A stretch of DNA of 64,000 nt from Gammaproteobacteria bacterium (GCA_014238615.1 JABAAT010000024.1:23802-87801), one strand, 5' to 3'. Shown: positions 19,725 through 29,633, counted from the stretch's first letter. A program made the numbers and translations. Notes: generated by a model from the letters alone, not told the origin.

Positions 19725-19985
19725 TCACTCCTCGGGTTCTTCCATCTCCTCGGAGCGTGGCTGCTGCAGCTTCAGATTGCTGATATTGCGCGACGGCACG
19801 ATGGTCGATACCGCATGCTTGTAGATAATCTGGGTCACCGTGTTACGCAGCATAATGACGTACTGGTCAAAGGACTCAATCTGCCCCTGCAGCTTGATTC
19901 CATTACGAAGATAGATGGCCACCGGCACCCGCTCTTTACGCAATACGTTCAAAAATGGATCCTGTAAGGAATACCCTTTACCCAT
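19725..19985 (-). CDS. hfq: RNA chaperone Hfq
   Basis: [48 protein letters not shown]. Confidence 0.98.
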   Translation of the reverse strand: MGKGYSLQDPFLNVLRKERVPVAIYLRNGIKLQGQIESFDQYVIMLRNTVTQIIYKHAVSTIVPSRNISNLKLQQPRSEEMEEPEE

Positions 19986-20206
19986 TTTCCTTTCCTTGCC
20001 TCCCTGGGATTGTCCCATAGGACGACTCTGACGTTGTTGTCTTCCGTATTTCGGCACGGAATATCTGTTGTTAAACAAAATTAATATCTCCTTGATATGC
20101 TGAAGTTTGTGATGCCTGCAAATTTATGAAACCCGACCGTACATTCGCTCTATCTGAAGCTCGATCTACACCCCGGGCAGCCAAACCCAACGTCCAGTTT
20201 CAAGAA

Positions 20207-20235
20207 GCTTTGTCACATCCAGGCTTTGTCACATC
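20207..20235. repeat. Direct repeat GCTTTGTCACATC x2 (16-bp period) in the hfq upstream region
   Basis: Copies at 20207-20219 and 20223-20235. Confidence 0.8.
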
Positions 20236-20454
20236 ACAAAATCTCTAAAATGACGCACTTGGAACAAGGTGCTGACAAACCGCCTCGGAGGCACCAGGCA
20301 CGGCGTCCACCCTCACAGTTCAGGTATCATTTCACACCCCGATGCCAGTGGAACAAAAACCCCATTTCAAATCCCCCCGGCACCGTTCCAGGCACCGGAT
20401 TCTTGAGGCGAAGCGGCGGGTCATCGGCCCACCGCCGACAGGCTTGTACAGCGC

Positions 20455-20484
20455 ATTATAACACGAGCGCGGGCATCTTCACAA
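20455..20484 (-). promoter_or_regulatory. Candidate sigma70 (extended -10) promoter for hfq
   Basis: Minus strand TTGTGA-N18-TATAAT with TGT immediately before the -10. Confidence 0.55.
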
Positions 20485-20519
20485 ACCCGGAACCGGCCTG
20501 GAAGCAGCATAAACAGGTG

Positions 20520-20544
20520 AAAAATCTCCCCTGTTTTAGGAGAT
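20520..20544 (-). terminator. Possible intrinsic terminator after miaA
   Basis: Minus strand ATCTCC-9nt-GGAGAT followed by TTTT, 10 bp after the miaA stop. Confidence 0.45.
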
Positions 20545-20553
20545 ATGCCCCGG

Positions 20554-21540
20554 TCAGCCCGGCGCTGAAAAACACCGATCCAGGAAGCGCAGCACCTTTC
20601 CTTCCAGCCCTGGATCGGCACCGTCAAACCATTTGATCGGCGCACGCTCATCCAAGGTGCGCAACCAGATCAATTGGCGCCTGGCCAGTTTCCAGGTGGA
20701 CGTGAGTACGTGCCGGGTCAGTTCCTCGGCCCGCAGGCGACCGGCGAAATGCAGCCAGGCCTGACGATAGCCGACCAGGCGCGCGGCCGGCAATCCCTCG
20801 TGCAATCCAGGGCGCCGGTATAGAGCGTAGGCCTCATCCAGAAAACCGCGCCGCAGCATGTCCTGGAAACGCGCCGCGATACGCTCCCTGAGTGCCTCGC
20901 GGCGCGCCGGGGCCAGGGCCAGCAGTATGGCTGGCAGACGCCGCCGCTCCGCATCCAGGCACCGCAGTTCCGAGGCCGGCCGGCCGGTTAATTCCCGAAT
21001 TTCCAAGGCCCGCTGGATACGGATCGAATCCTGCGGATGAATGGACCGCGCGCTGGCTGGATCGAGCTTCTCCAGGCGGCGGTGCAGACTTTCCCAACCG
21101 CGCGCCGCCGCCTCACGCTCCAGGCGTTCCCGCAGCGCCCGATCGGCCGGCGGCAGGTGGCTCAAACCGTACAGCAGGCTCCGGAAATACAGGCCGGCGC
21201 CGCCTACCAGGAGGGGGCGGCGTCCGGCGGAGCGCAGGGCCGCGATCTCGCGCGTCGCGTCGCGCTGAAAACAGCCCGCGGAGTAGGCTTCATCTGGATC
21301 GCGTATGTCGATCAGACGGTGTGGAACGCGGCGCAGCACCTCCGGAGCAGGCTTCGCGGTGCCGATATCCAGACCGCGGTAAACCTGCGCGGAGTCCACA
21401 CTGATGATGCCGCATGGAAAGCGTTCGTACAACGCCAGGGCGAGGTTGGTCTTGCCAGCCGCGGTCGGCCCCATCAGGCAGATGACAGCCTGCTCCCCGG
21501 CGCCGCCGGGCGACGTTTCAGGCTTTAAGCAGCCTGGCAA
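20554..21540 (-). CDS. miaA: tRNA dimethylallyltransferase
   Basis: MGPTAAGKT, ISVDSAQVYRGLDIGTAKP, HRLIDI, LVGGAGLY, RIQRALE; start (TTG 21540) approximate. Confidence 0.96.
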   Translation of the reverse strand: MPGCLKPETSPGGAGEQAVICLMGPTAAGKTNLALALYERFPCGIISVDSAQVYRGLDIGTAKPAPEVLRRVPHRLIDIRDPDEAYSAGCFQRDATREIAALRSAGRRPLLVGGAGLYFRSLLYGLSHLPPADRALRERLEREAAARGWESLHRRLEKLDPASARSIHPQDSIRIQRALEIRELTGRPASELRCLDAERRRLPAILLALAPARREALRERIAARFQDMLRRGFLDEAYALYRRPGLHEGLPAARLVGYRQAWLHFAGRLRAEELTRHVLTSTWKLARRQLIWLRTLDERAPIKWFDGADPGLEGKVLRFLDRCFSAPG

Positions 21541-23416
21541 GTTCGCGCGCTCCGCAACGGCTCCAGATGTCCCGGCGTCCGGAAGATCGCTCCGTGGCAC
21601 CGGGGTGCACCCCCGGCTCTTCCAGGAGTTTTCCCAGGAGTTGTCCGAAACCGGCTGCTTCCGCGGGCGCCGAGGCCTGCGCTGCCGCAAGCGCCTCCAG
21701 CAGCACCGCGCTGCGCCTGGCGGGTTCCCGTTCCGAGCCGTGCAGCTCCAGCGCGGCCAATACCGCTGCACCGATGAGCGCCGCAGGCACGCCGTGCAGC
21801 ACCGCGGGCAGTTCGCGCAGCAACAGGCTGCCTGGACCGGATTCCCTGAGCGACAGGCCGCAATGGCGTAACGGCTCATGCCATTCCTCGATGTACCGCA
21901 GCTGCGTCGTGCCAGCGGCCAGGCTGAGCGGCAACAACAACGGCTGCGCGTGCAGCGGGCCAGCGGCGTGCGCGCGCCGCAGATGCTCCAGGCAAAGCAA
22001 ACGCCGCGCCGCCGGGTAATCCACCAGCAACAAGCTTTCCTCGTCCGTGGCCAACAGGTAACGTCCCCCCGCGACCAGGCCTAAAATTTCCAGGGCGCCG
22101 TGGTCTGACACGTACCCCGGTACGGTTCCGGCCGCATTCAGGGCGACTCCAGCGCCGGGGCGCTCGTGCGTCGAGGCGGCGGAAAGCGCGGCACTCTCCA
22201 CCGAAACTGGCGCGGTGCCCTGGGTGTCGCCATTGGTATCTGCCTGGGTATCTGCCTGGGTATCTGTCAATGCCTCGTAGCCGCGCAAAATCTCGCGCAC
22301 CTGGTGCGCGTCGGGCCGCTCCGGACCCGGCGCAAATCCGGCTCCGAACCCGGTCCCGGATGCGCTGAACAACTCCCCGGAGGGCGCCGTCAGGCGCCGC
22401 AGGGCGCCTACGATGAAATCGTGCACGGTACGCGGCTCCCGGAAACGCACCTCGTGTTTCGCCGGATGCACATTCACGTCCACCAGGCCGGAATCCAGGC
22501 GCAGGTACAACACGTAACAGGGATGCCGCCCGACCCCCAACAGTTCCGCGTAAACAGTGCGCAGGGCGCGCTGGATGGTGCGGTCGCGCAAGGGCCTCCC
22601 GTTCAGGAAAAAATACTGGCGATCCGGCTGCGGGCGGGCGCCCGACGGCAGGCAAACCCAGCCCTCCAGGCGCAACCCCGCATGCTCGTCCCGCACCGCC
22701 AGCGCCTGTTCCAGGAAAGACCTGCCGAGCAGCCTGTCCAATCGATCGCGGGCCTCCCGCACCGCCGGCAGACGCAGGGCAGACTGCCTCCCCAAGTGCA
22801 GGCTGAAAGCCGTGGCCGGATAGCCTAGGGCCAGGTGCCTCACCCACTCGATTATATGCAACTGCTCGGTACGCCCGGTGCGCAGGAATTTGCGACGCGC
22901 CGGCAGGTTGTAGAACAGATCGCGCACCTCCACCATCGTGCCCTGCGCCCCTGACGCCGGCTCCACCGCGCCGATCCGCCCTCCCTCGGCACGCACCCCC
23001 CACGTCGGCTCCTGCTCCGAAATACGCGACAGAAGGCGCAGGCGTGACACGGAGGCGATACTGGGCAACGCTTCCCCCCGGAAACCCAGGGTCCGAATGT
23101 CGAACAACCCGTGTGCCGCATCAAGCTTACTGGTGGCGTGCCGCTGCAAGGCCAGCGCCAGCTCCCCGGCTGCAATCCCATGCCCGTCATCGCTCACCCG
23201 CAACAGGCGGCTGCCCCCTCCTTCGACGTGGATTTCGACGGCCTGCGCCCCCGCGTCCAGGCTGTTCTCCACCAATTCCTTGACCACCGAAGCCGGACGC
23301 TCGATGACCTCCCCGGCGGCGATCTGATCCGCCAACTCCGGCGCCAGGCGCCGGATGCGCGCCCTGGAGCCACCCCCGGGAGAATCCCCCGGACCCCTGT
23401 CTGCCACGCCGTTCAT
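21518..23416 (-). CDS. mutL: DNA mismatch repair protein MutL (endonuclease motifs degenerate)
   Basis: IAAGEVIERPASVVKELVENSLDAGA, GFRGEALPSI, DLFYNLPARRKFL, DVNVHPAKHEVRF. Confidence 0.96.
   Translation of the reverse strand: MNGVADRGPGDSPGGGSRARIRRLAPELADQIAAGEVIERPASVVKELVENSLDAGAQAVEIHVEGGGSRLLRVSDDGHGIAAGELALALQRHATSKLDAAHGLFDIRTLGFRGEALPSIASVSRLRLLSRISEQEPTWGVRAEGGRIGAVEPASGAQGTMVEVRDLFYNLPARRKFLRTGRTEQLHIIEWVRHLALGYPATAFSLHLGRQSALRLPAVREARDRLDRLLGRSFLEQALAVRDEHAGLRLEGWVCLPSGARPQPDRQYFFLNGRPLRDRTIQRALRTVYAELLGVGRHPCYVLYLRLDSGLVDVNVHPAKHEVRFREPRTVHDFIVGALRRLTAPSGELFSASGTGFGAGFAPGPERPDAHQVREILRGYEALTDTQADTQADTNGDTQGTAPVSVESAALSAASTHERPGAGVALNAAGTVPGYVSDHGALEILGLVAGGRYLLATDEESLLLVDYPAARRLLCLEHLRRAHAAGPLHAQPLLLPLSLAAGTTQLRYIEEWHEPLRHCGLSLRESGPGSLLLRELPAVLHGVPAALIGAAVLAALELHGSEREPARRSAVLLEALAAAQASAPAEAAGFGQLLGKLLEEPGVHPGATERSSGRRDIWSRCGARELARLLKA
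22235..22266. repeat. In-frame 12-bp tandem repeat (GGTATCTGCCTG x2.7; DTQA-DTQA-DT) in the MutL linker
   Basis: Seen directly. Confidence 0.8.
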
Positions 23417-23478
23417 CACGCCGAAATTATAGACCCTTCCCACGCACGCCGCAGCGTGCCACGACCGCACGGGCCTGC

Positions 23479-24723
23479 TTAAGGAGCAGCCGGGTCCGCC
23501 CGGCCCTGCGCCAGCAAAGTACCTGCCGGCGGCCGCTGCCGGAAATAGCTTTTAACCCCCTTGAACAACGCCGTCACCAGCTGTTCCTGGTAGCGCGGGT
23601 CCCGCAGTTTACGAGCCTCCCCCGGGTTCGAGATAAAACCGACCTCGCACAGAATGGAGGGAATGTTGGGCGAACGCAGCACCATAAAATTCGCCCACTG
23701 CACGCGGAATTTATGAAGCCGTCCCGCCTTGGCGAACTCACCGAGTACTTTTTCGGCCGCCTCGTAACTGGCCTCGCGAGTCGCCGTCAGCGACAGATCC
23801 AGAAGCACCTTGTAGAGCAGTTCATCCCCGGCTTCCCGCTTCACTCCAGCAATCAGGTCGGAAGCGTTTTCCCGCCGCGCCAGAAGATGCGCGGTCTCAC
23901 TGCTCGCCCCCTTGTCGGAAAGTACATACACCGAGCCGCCGCGCACCCGCTTGTCAAGAAAGGCATCCGCATGCAGAGAGATGAACATGTCGGCCTGCCG
24001 GGCGCGGGCCAGTTCCCGGCGTTTTTTCAGAGACAGGTAATAATCGCCGCGACGCACCAGGAAAGCGCGCATGCCGCGCTCGGCCTCAAGCCGGCGCACC
24101 AGGTTCCGGGCGATCTCCAGGGTTAAATCTTTCTCACGGATCCCATCAGGACCGATGGCGCCCGGATCCTCACCCCCATGTCCGGCGTCCACCGCCACCA
24201 ATACGTCACGCGGGCGCACCCGGGTACGTTCGGCGGGCGGCGGCACAGCAGCAGCAGCCTCCGGAACATGCAGATCCACTACCAGGCGGTGCCCGTAGCG
24301 CGCATTCGGCGACAAGGCAAATACCCGGCTACGCGCGTCGCGCTTCAGATCCAACACGATGCGCAGGGTGCGCGGCGAACGCCGGGCGCTGCGCAACCGC
24401 GCCAGGAACAGGTCCTGCGCGGCGACCGTGGGTAGCCTGACACGCAGGGTGGCAACCTGCAGATCCAGCACCAGGCGCTCCGGATCCGGTAAGTGAAAGT
24501 AGCTGAAGCGGACGGGCCCTGACAGATCCAACACCAGGCGCGTATGCTCCGGCGCCGGCCAGATCCGGATGCCCTGCACCTGTGCTCCGGCCGCTCCCTC
24601 GGCAGCCCCGGAAACGGCCCCGGAAACAGGATCAGACCAGCCTTCGGAACAGGCCAGCACGATGAGCGCGGCCAGTGCGCCCAACGCGACCAATCCCCCC
24701 TGCCAATGTCTTCGATCATTCAT
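23479..24723 (-). CDS. amiB: N-acetylmuramoyl-L-alanine amidase (AMIN + Amidase_3)
   Basis: IRIWPAPEHTRLVLDL, VDAGHGGEDPGA, EKDLTL, ISLHADA, PSILCEVGFISN; no LysM tail. Confidence 0.92.
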   Translation of the reverse strand: MNDRRHWQGGLVALGALAALIVLACSEGWSDPVSGAVSGAAEGAAGAQVQGIRIWPAPEHTRLVLDLSGPVRFSYFHLPDPERLVLDLQVATLRVRLPTVAAQDLFLARLRSARRSPRTLRIVLDLKRDARSRVFALSPNARYGHRLVVDLHVPEAAAAVPPPAERTRVRPRDVLVAVDAGHGGEDPGAIGPDGIREKDLTLEIARNLVRRLEAERGMRAFLVRRGDYYLSLKKRRELARARQADMFISLHADAFLDKRVRGGSVYVLSDKGASSETAHLLARRENASDLIAGVKREAGDELLYKVLLDLSLTATREASYEAAEKVLGEFAKAGRLHKFRVQWANFMVLRSPNIPSILCEVGFISNPGEARKLRDPRYQEQLVTALFKGVKSYFRQRPPAGTLLAQGRADPAAP

Positions 24724-24798
24724 ACGAACCGAACCCGATTCCCCACGAGGAACCTTAAACTCCTGGATTCCCCCGGAGCCTGATCCTTCCGGATTTTA

Positions 24799-24838
24799 TA
24801 AACTACTGTAGTTTAGCGCTCTAAGATACTAATTTCAA
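24799..24838 (-). promoter_or_regulatory. Candidate sigma70 promoter for amiB-mutL-miaA overlapped by a perfect palindrome
   Basis: Minus strand TTGAAA(24838-24833)-N17-TAAACT(24815-24810); palindrome TAAACTAC-T-GTAGTTTA at 24799-24815. Confidence 0.6.
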
Positions 24839-25279
24839 TGGTTTTTTCAAGTCGCTAAGCAGTCGGCTGCGGCGGCTCCCCCGCGCCTCCACACGCGCCG
24901 TCCTAGCCGCACCGTCGTGCTCCAGGCGCACTTCCAGCTCCGCCCGGCCGTAGAGCGCAACGGCGCAACGCGGCCATTCCACCAGGCACAGCGCATCCGC
25001 CGCCGGATAGTCGCGGAAGCCCAGGTATTCCAGTTCCTCGGGCCGCTCCAGGCGATAAAGATCAAAGTGATGCACGGAGAGCGCACCGATGCGGTAACTC
25101 TCGATCAAGGTATAAGTGGGGCTGCGCACCGGCCCGGTGTGGCCCAAGGCGCCCAGGAGGCCACGCACCAGCGTGGTTTTCCCCGTGCCCAGTTCGCCGT
25201 ACAAATGCACACTGAATCCGCCCCCGAGAACGGCCAGCGCGGCGCCCAGGCACCGAGTGGCAGCGGCATCAGCCAGCAA
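24821..25279 (-). CDS. tsaE: tRNA threonylcarbamoyladenosine biosynthesis ATPase TsaE
   Basis: LYGELGTGKTTLVRG, VRSPTYTLIESY, HFDLYRL, LVEWP; start approximate. Confidence 0.95.
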   Translation of the reverse strand: MLADAAATRCLGAALAVLGGGFSVHLYGELGTGKTTLVRGLLGALGHTGPVRSPTYTLIESYRIGALSVHHFDLYRLERPEELEYLGFRDYPAADALCLVEWPRCAVALYGRAELEVRLEHDGAARTARVEARGSRRSRLLSDLKKPLKLVS

Positions 25280-25290
25280 GAGCGGCCCAA

Positions 25291-26838
25291 TCAGCGTCGC
25301 AGTCCGGGAGAGCCCGGCTCCGGATTGACCAAGCGCCGCATCCAGGGCAGCAGGTCCGAAGCCTGCAGACCGCGTTCTCCGCCCTCCGCGGCGGCGGCGG
25401 CGGCCGCGGCCGCATGCAGACAAACACCAAGCCTGGCCGCCGCGGGTCGGGCCAGACCTTGCGCCAGCAGGGCGGCGATCATCCCGGTGAGCACATCCCC
25501 GGTACCTCCCGCGGCCAGTCCCGGGTTGGCCGTTGCACATAAATCCAGGCCCGTTTCATCCGCCACCAGGGTACCGGCACCCTTCAACACCACCGTACCG
25601 CCGAGCCGGTCGTGCAAAGCACGCGCCGCGGCCAGGCGATCCTCCTGCACCCGCTCCGTCCGCCAGCCCAGCAAACGGGCGGCTTCGCCGGGGTGCGGGG
25701 TATATACCCAGGCGCCCTCCCGTCCCTTCGGCGTAGGCTCTTGCTCCCGGGCCAACAGGTTGAGTGCGTCCGCGTCCAGCACTCCCGGCAACCCTCGATC
25801 CGAACCGTGTGCCAGGAGCTGGTGCAGCAGCGCACACGCGCGCGGCGCGCGCCCCAGGCCCGGCCCCACGGCGAGCACCCCGGCCCGCTCCAGAAGCGCG
25901 GCCGGGGCGGCCGCCCCCCGCCGCAGGATGTGCATCATGACTTCCGGCGTCACGCCGGTCAGCGCGGGCCTGTCCAGCAACAAGGCGCTGACCAGCCCCG
26001 CGCCGCAACGCGCCGCCGCCGCCGCCGCCAAGGCCACGGCGCCGCTGTACCCCGCCGCGCCACCCACCACCAGCACATGCCCGAAGTCCCCCTTGTGCGC
26101 GGCGCGCCGACGCGGCGGCAGCAGTCCCTCCAGAACTTGCAGTTCCAGGCGGCCGCAATCCGGCGGCACTTCCCGGTACAGCGCGGCTGGCAGCATCAGC
26201 TCGCTACAGTAGATCGTACCGGCGTACTCCGCCCCAAGGCCGGTAAACAGCCCCGGTTTCAGACCGAGGAAAGTCAGGGTCGCCTCGGCTGCCGGAGCAG
26301 TCCCCATCACCCGCCCCGTGTCAGCATGCAGTCCGGAGGGCAGATCCAGGGCCAGCACCGGCCGGGCACTCGCGCGTACCGCCTCGATCACCTCGGCGAA
26401 GGGTGCACGCACCTCCCGTTCCAGGCCGATCCCCAGCAGGCCATCCACCACCAGGTCGTTGTCCTTAAGCTTCCCCGGATCCCAGGCTTCCACGGCGCCG
26501 CCCGCTTCCCTCCAGCGCCGCGCCGCCTGCGCGGCGTCGCCGCGCGGCGCCCCGTCCACGAGGCTCACCACGAGGCTCAGCACCTGCACATGGCGGCCCG
26601 CCTCGCGTGCCAAGCGCGCCAGCACCAGGGCGTCGCCGCCGTTATTTCCACCGCCGCACAGCACCAAGAGGCGCCGCGCCTCCGGCCACAACGCCTGCAG
26701 CAACTGCCAGGCGGCCTGCCCGGCGCGCTCCATCAGTTCAGGTCCGGTGATCCCGCGACGTTCGGCCAGGGATTCCAGTTCCCGCAGCCGCGCCGTGCTG
26801 TACAGGCGGCGCGGCAGGGTACAGCCGCTCAGCAGCAT
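25291..26838 (-). CDS. nnr: Bifunctional NAD(P)H-hydrate epimerase/dehydratase
   Basis: LMERAG, GGGNNGGD, DGLLGIG, DLPSG, HKGDFG, DADAL, TPHPGEA, LKGAGT, GGTGDVL. Confidence 0.96.
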   Translation of the reverse strand: MLLSGCTLPRRLYSTARLRELESLAERRGITGPELMERAGQAAWQLLQALWPEARRLLVLCGGGNNGGDALVLARLAREAGRHVQVLSLVVSLVDGAPRGDAAQAARRWREAGGAVEAWDPGKLKDNDLVVDGLLGIGLEREVRAPFAEVIEAVRASARPVLALDLPSGLHADTGRVMGTAPAAEATLTFLGLKPGLFTGLGAEYAGTIYCSELMLPAALYREVPPDCGRLELQVLEGLLPPRRRAAHKGDFGHVLVVGGAAGYSGAVALAAAAAARCGAGLVSALLLDRPALTGVTPEVMMHILRRGAAAPAALLERAGVLAVGPGLGRAPRACALLHQLLAHGSDRGLPGVLDADALNLLAREQEPTPKGREGAWVYTPHPGEAARLLGWRTERVQEDRLAAARALHDRLGGTVVLKGAGTLVADETGLDLCATANPGLAAGGTGDVLTGMIAALLAQGLARPAAARLGVCLHAAAAAAAAAEGGERGLQASDLLPWMRRLVNPEPGSPGLRR

Positions 26839-26850
26839 GACCGGCCGGAG

Positions 26851-27396
26851 CTAGCGCCCCGCAAACAGCAATTCGTAGTAAGTCCGCAGTTCACTGATGG
26901 AATCGCGTACATCCTGCAGGGCGCGGTGCGCGGACTGTTTTTGCACGGGCGGCGTATGCGGCCGCCAGCGCTGCATCAGTTCCTTGAGGGTGCTGACGTC
27001 CAGGTTGCGGTAATTGAAGAAGCGCTCCAACTCCGGCATATGCCGAAACAGGAAACGGCGATCCTGGCAGATGCTGTTCCCGCACATCGGCGAACTGTTA
27101 GGGCTGACCCACGAGCGCAGGAACTCCAGCGTGGCCGACTCCGCAACGCGCGTCTCCAGGGTGCTCGCGCGCACCTGCTCCAGCAGCCCGGAGATCGTGT
27201 GTTGGCGGGTGTTCCATTCGTCCATGGCAAGCAACACCCGTTCTTCCTCGTGGAGCACCAGTTCGGGCCCCACCGCCACCTCCCGTAATTCATTGTCGGT
27301 GACCACCGTGGCGAGTTCAATGATATGATCCCGGTCCGGATCCAGACCGGTCATCTCCAAGTCGATCCAGATTAATCTGTCTGCGGATGCCTGCAT
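26851..27396 (-). CDS. orn: Oligoribonuclease
   Basis: [42 protein letters not shown]. Confidence 0.97.
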   Translation of the reverse strand: MQASADRLIWIDLEMTGLDPDRDHIIELATVVTDNELREVAVGPELVLHEEERVLLAMDEWNTRQHTISGLLEQVRASTLETRVAESATLEFLRSWVSPNSSPMCGNSICQDRRFLFRHMPELERFFNYRNLDVSTLKELMQRWRPHTPPVQKQSAHRALQDVRDSISELRTYYELLFAGR

Positions 27397-27471
27397 GATG
27401 CCAGCAGTCTACATGATATCCCTCACGCCGCGCCGCGCCGCGCCTCCCACCCCCCACCGGATGAACCACCC

Positions 27472-28764
27472 ATGAATGCCTTCAGCGCACTCCTGGCGAC
27501 GGGCATCGCGTTCCTGATCGCCCTACATGGGCTGCTGACCCGGCGCCAGCTGACCTGCCTGCAAAGTCACCGGGAGCGGGTGCCGGAAGCCTTCGCTGCG
27601 GAGTTCAGCCTGGAGGAACACCGCAAGGCGGGCAATTACGCCGCGGCCAAGGCGCGCTTCCTGTTCGGCAGCCTATGCGTCGAGCTGATCCTCGTGTTGC
27701 TTTGGACTCTGGGCGGCGGCCTGCACTTCCTGTGGCGCGGAAGCCACGTGCTCCTGGAGTCCGAGGCGTCGGCCGGCATCGCCTTCCTGTGCGCCTTCCT
27801 GTTCCTGCAGTGGCTGCTGGAGCAGCCCCTGAGATACCGGCGCGTGTTTTCCCTGGAACAGCGCTTCGGCTTCAACCGCGCGTCGCGACGCCTGCACTTC
27901 ACCGATCAGCTGAAAGGCCTGCTCATCGGCGCCGGCCTGCTGTTCCTGCTCATCGGCGGCTTATTCCTGGCGCTGGAGCTGGCGGGCACCTTCCTGAACG
28001 CCGAACTGCTGGAACTCCTAGGCGGCTACTGGTGGCTGCTTGCCGCGGGCCTGTCTTTCGGCCTGCTGCTGCTCATGAACTGGTTCTGGCCGGCCTACAT
28101 CGCGCCCCTCTTTAACAAGTTCAAGGCCCTGCAAAACACCGAATTGCGGGCGCGTATCGAAGGGCTCCTGGAGCGCTGCGGTTTCAGCAGCAACGGCGTC
28201 TTCGTCATGGATGGCTCCAGCCGCTCCTCGCACGGCAATGCCTATTTCAGCGGCAGCGGTAAAAACAAGCGCATCGTCTTCTTTGACACCCTGATCGAGC
28301 AACTGGAACCCGAGGAGTTGGAGGCCGTGCTGGCCCACGAATTGGGGCATTACCGCTGCGGACATATCGGACAACGCCTGTGCATCCTTGGCGGCGTGCT
28401 GCTCATCGGCTTCGGACTGCTGGCCTGGGCCACGGTCCAGCCCGGATTCTTCCCCGGCCTGGGATTACCCATTGAAACGCAGGCTCCAATCATCCCGGCT
28501 CTCGTGCTGCTGATACTGGCCGGCCCCGTGCTGCTCATGTACATACAGCCCCTGTTCTCACTGGTCTCACGCCGCCACGAGTTCCAGGCCGATGACTTTG
28601 CCGCCGACAAGGTTCAGGCGCAGTCCCTGTGCCAGGCGCTGGTCAAGCTCTATCGGCACAACGCCAACACCCTGACCCCCGACCACTGGTATTCTACCTT
28701 CCACGATTCTCACCCGCCGCCGCCGATCCGCATCGCCCATCTGCAAAGGACCGCCGCGGTCTGA
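27472..28764 (+). CDS. M48 family (Ste24/CAAX-type) membrane metalloprotease
   Basis: PLFNKF, MDGSSRSSHGNAYFSG, KRIVFFDTL, AVLAHELGH, RRHEFQAD, DSHPP. Confidence 0.93.
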   Translation: MNAFSALLATGIAFLIALHGLLTRRQLTCLQSHRERVPEAFAAEFSLEEHRKAGNYAAAKARFLFGSLCVELILVLLWTLGGGLHFLWRGSHVLLESEASAGIAFLCAFLFLQWLLEQPLRYRRVFSLEQRFGFNRASRRLHFTDQLKGLLIGAGLLFLLIGGLFLALELAGTFLNAELLELLGGYWWLLAAGLSFGLLLLMNWFWPAYIAPLFNKFKALQNTELRARIEGLLERCGFSSNGVFVMDGSSRSSHGNAYFSGSGKNKRIVFFDTLIEQLEPEELEAVLAHELGHYRCGHIGQRLCILGGVLLIGFGLLAWATVQPGFFPGLGLPIETQAPIIPALVLLILAGPVLLMYIQPLFSLVSRRHEFQADDFAADKVQAQSLCQALVKLYRHNANTLTPDHWYSTFHDSHPPPPIRIAHLQRTAAV

Positions 28765-28823
28765 CCACCCTCGCCGCGGGGTGATGCCGGGGGGAATGGG
28801 TGAACGCTCCCCGCGTGACAGCA

Positions 28824-29633
28824 TCAGGATTCGTCCGGCTCCCCGGCGGGCAACTCGAATTCGGCAATCACAGGCGCGTGATCGGATGGTCGATCCAGCC
28901 CCCGCGGCCTCTTGTCCACGTGGCAGGACAGGCAGCATTGGGTGAGCGAGGCGCTCGCCAGGATGTGGTCAATGCGCAGACCCTGGTTCCGCTGGAAGGA
29001 CGCGTTACGGTAGTCCCACCAGGAATAAAGCTCCCCCTCGGCATGATGTTTCCGCAGGCAGTCCTCCAGGCCGGCCTCCAACAAACGTTGGAAATGCTCC
29101 CGCTCGGGTGCACTGCACAACACCTTGTCCTTCCAGGCGCGCGGCTCCCAGACATCGCGATCCTCCGGGGCGATATTCAGGTCACCAACCAGCAGCAGAT
29201 ACTCATGCCGGCGCAGCAACGCGCGCACGACCTCCTGCAGACGCTCCAGCCAGGACAGCTTATAGGCGTACTTGGGAGAACCGACCTCAGAGCCGTTCGG
29301 CACATACAGGTTCAGCACGCACACGTCCGTACAAACCGCGGCCAGCACCCGGCGTTGCGGGTCCCGGAATCCGGTCAGCCCGGGAAACTCAGAAAAATCG
29401 GTAAAACAAAGGTTTGGTACGACGCGGCTGAGCAGCGCGACCCCGTTGTAAGCGGGCTGGCCGGCGCAAAGCGCGTGGTAGCCGCACTCCAGCAGTTCGG
29501 CGGCAGGAAACTCCGGATCAGGCAGCTTGGTCTCCTGCAGGGCCAACAAGTCGGGGCGCTCTCCGTCCAGCCAGGACAGCAACTGGGGCAGGCGCGTGCG
29601 CAGCGAGTTCAGGTTCCAGGTCGCGATCTTCAT
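28824..29633 (-). CDS. xth: Exodeoxyribonuclease III
   Basis: MKIATWNLNS, LQETK, YNGVA, YVPNG, GDLNIAP, SWWDYR, GLRIDH, SDHAP. Confidence 0.96.
   Translation of the reverse strand: MKIATWNLNSLRTRLPQLLSWLDGERPDLLALQETKLPDPEFPAAELLECGYHALCAGQPAYNGVALLSRVVPNLCFTDFSEFPGLTGFRDPQRRVLAAVCTDVCVLNLYVPNGSEVGSPKYAYKLSWLERLQEVVRALLRRHEYLLLVGDLNIAPEDRDVWEPRAWKDKVLCSAPEREHFQRLLEAGLEDCLRKHHAEGELYSWWDYRNASFQRNQGLRIDHILASASLTQCCLSCHVDKRPRGLDRPSDHAPVIAEFELPAGEPDES

Noticed and set aside
19986-20078. N-terminal extension of Hfq in the ORF track
   Set aside because: Hfq homology starts at [11 protein letters not shown] (19985), which has a purine-rich RBS; the extension is probably not translated.
20485-20520. 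GGAAGCAGC resembling SRP RNA helix 8
   Set aside because: The upstream TCAGG and the long flanking stem are missing.
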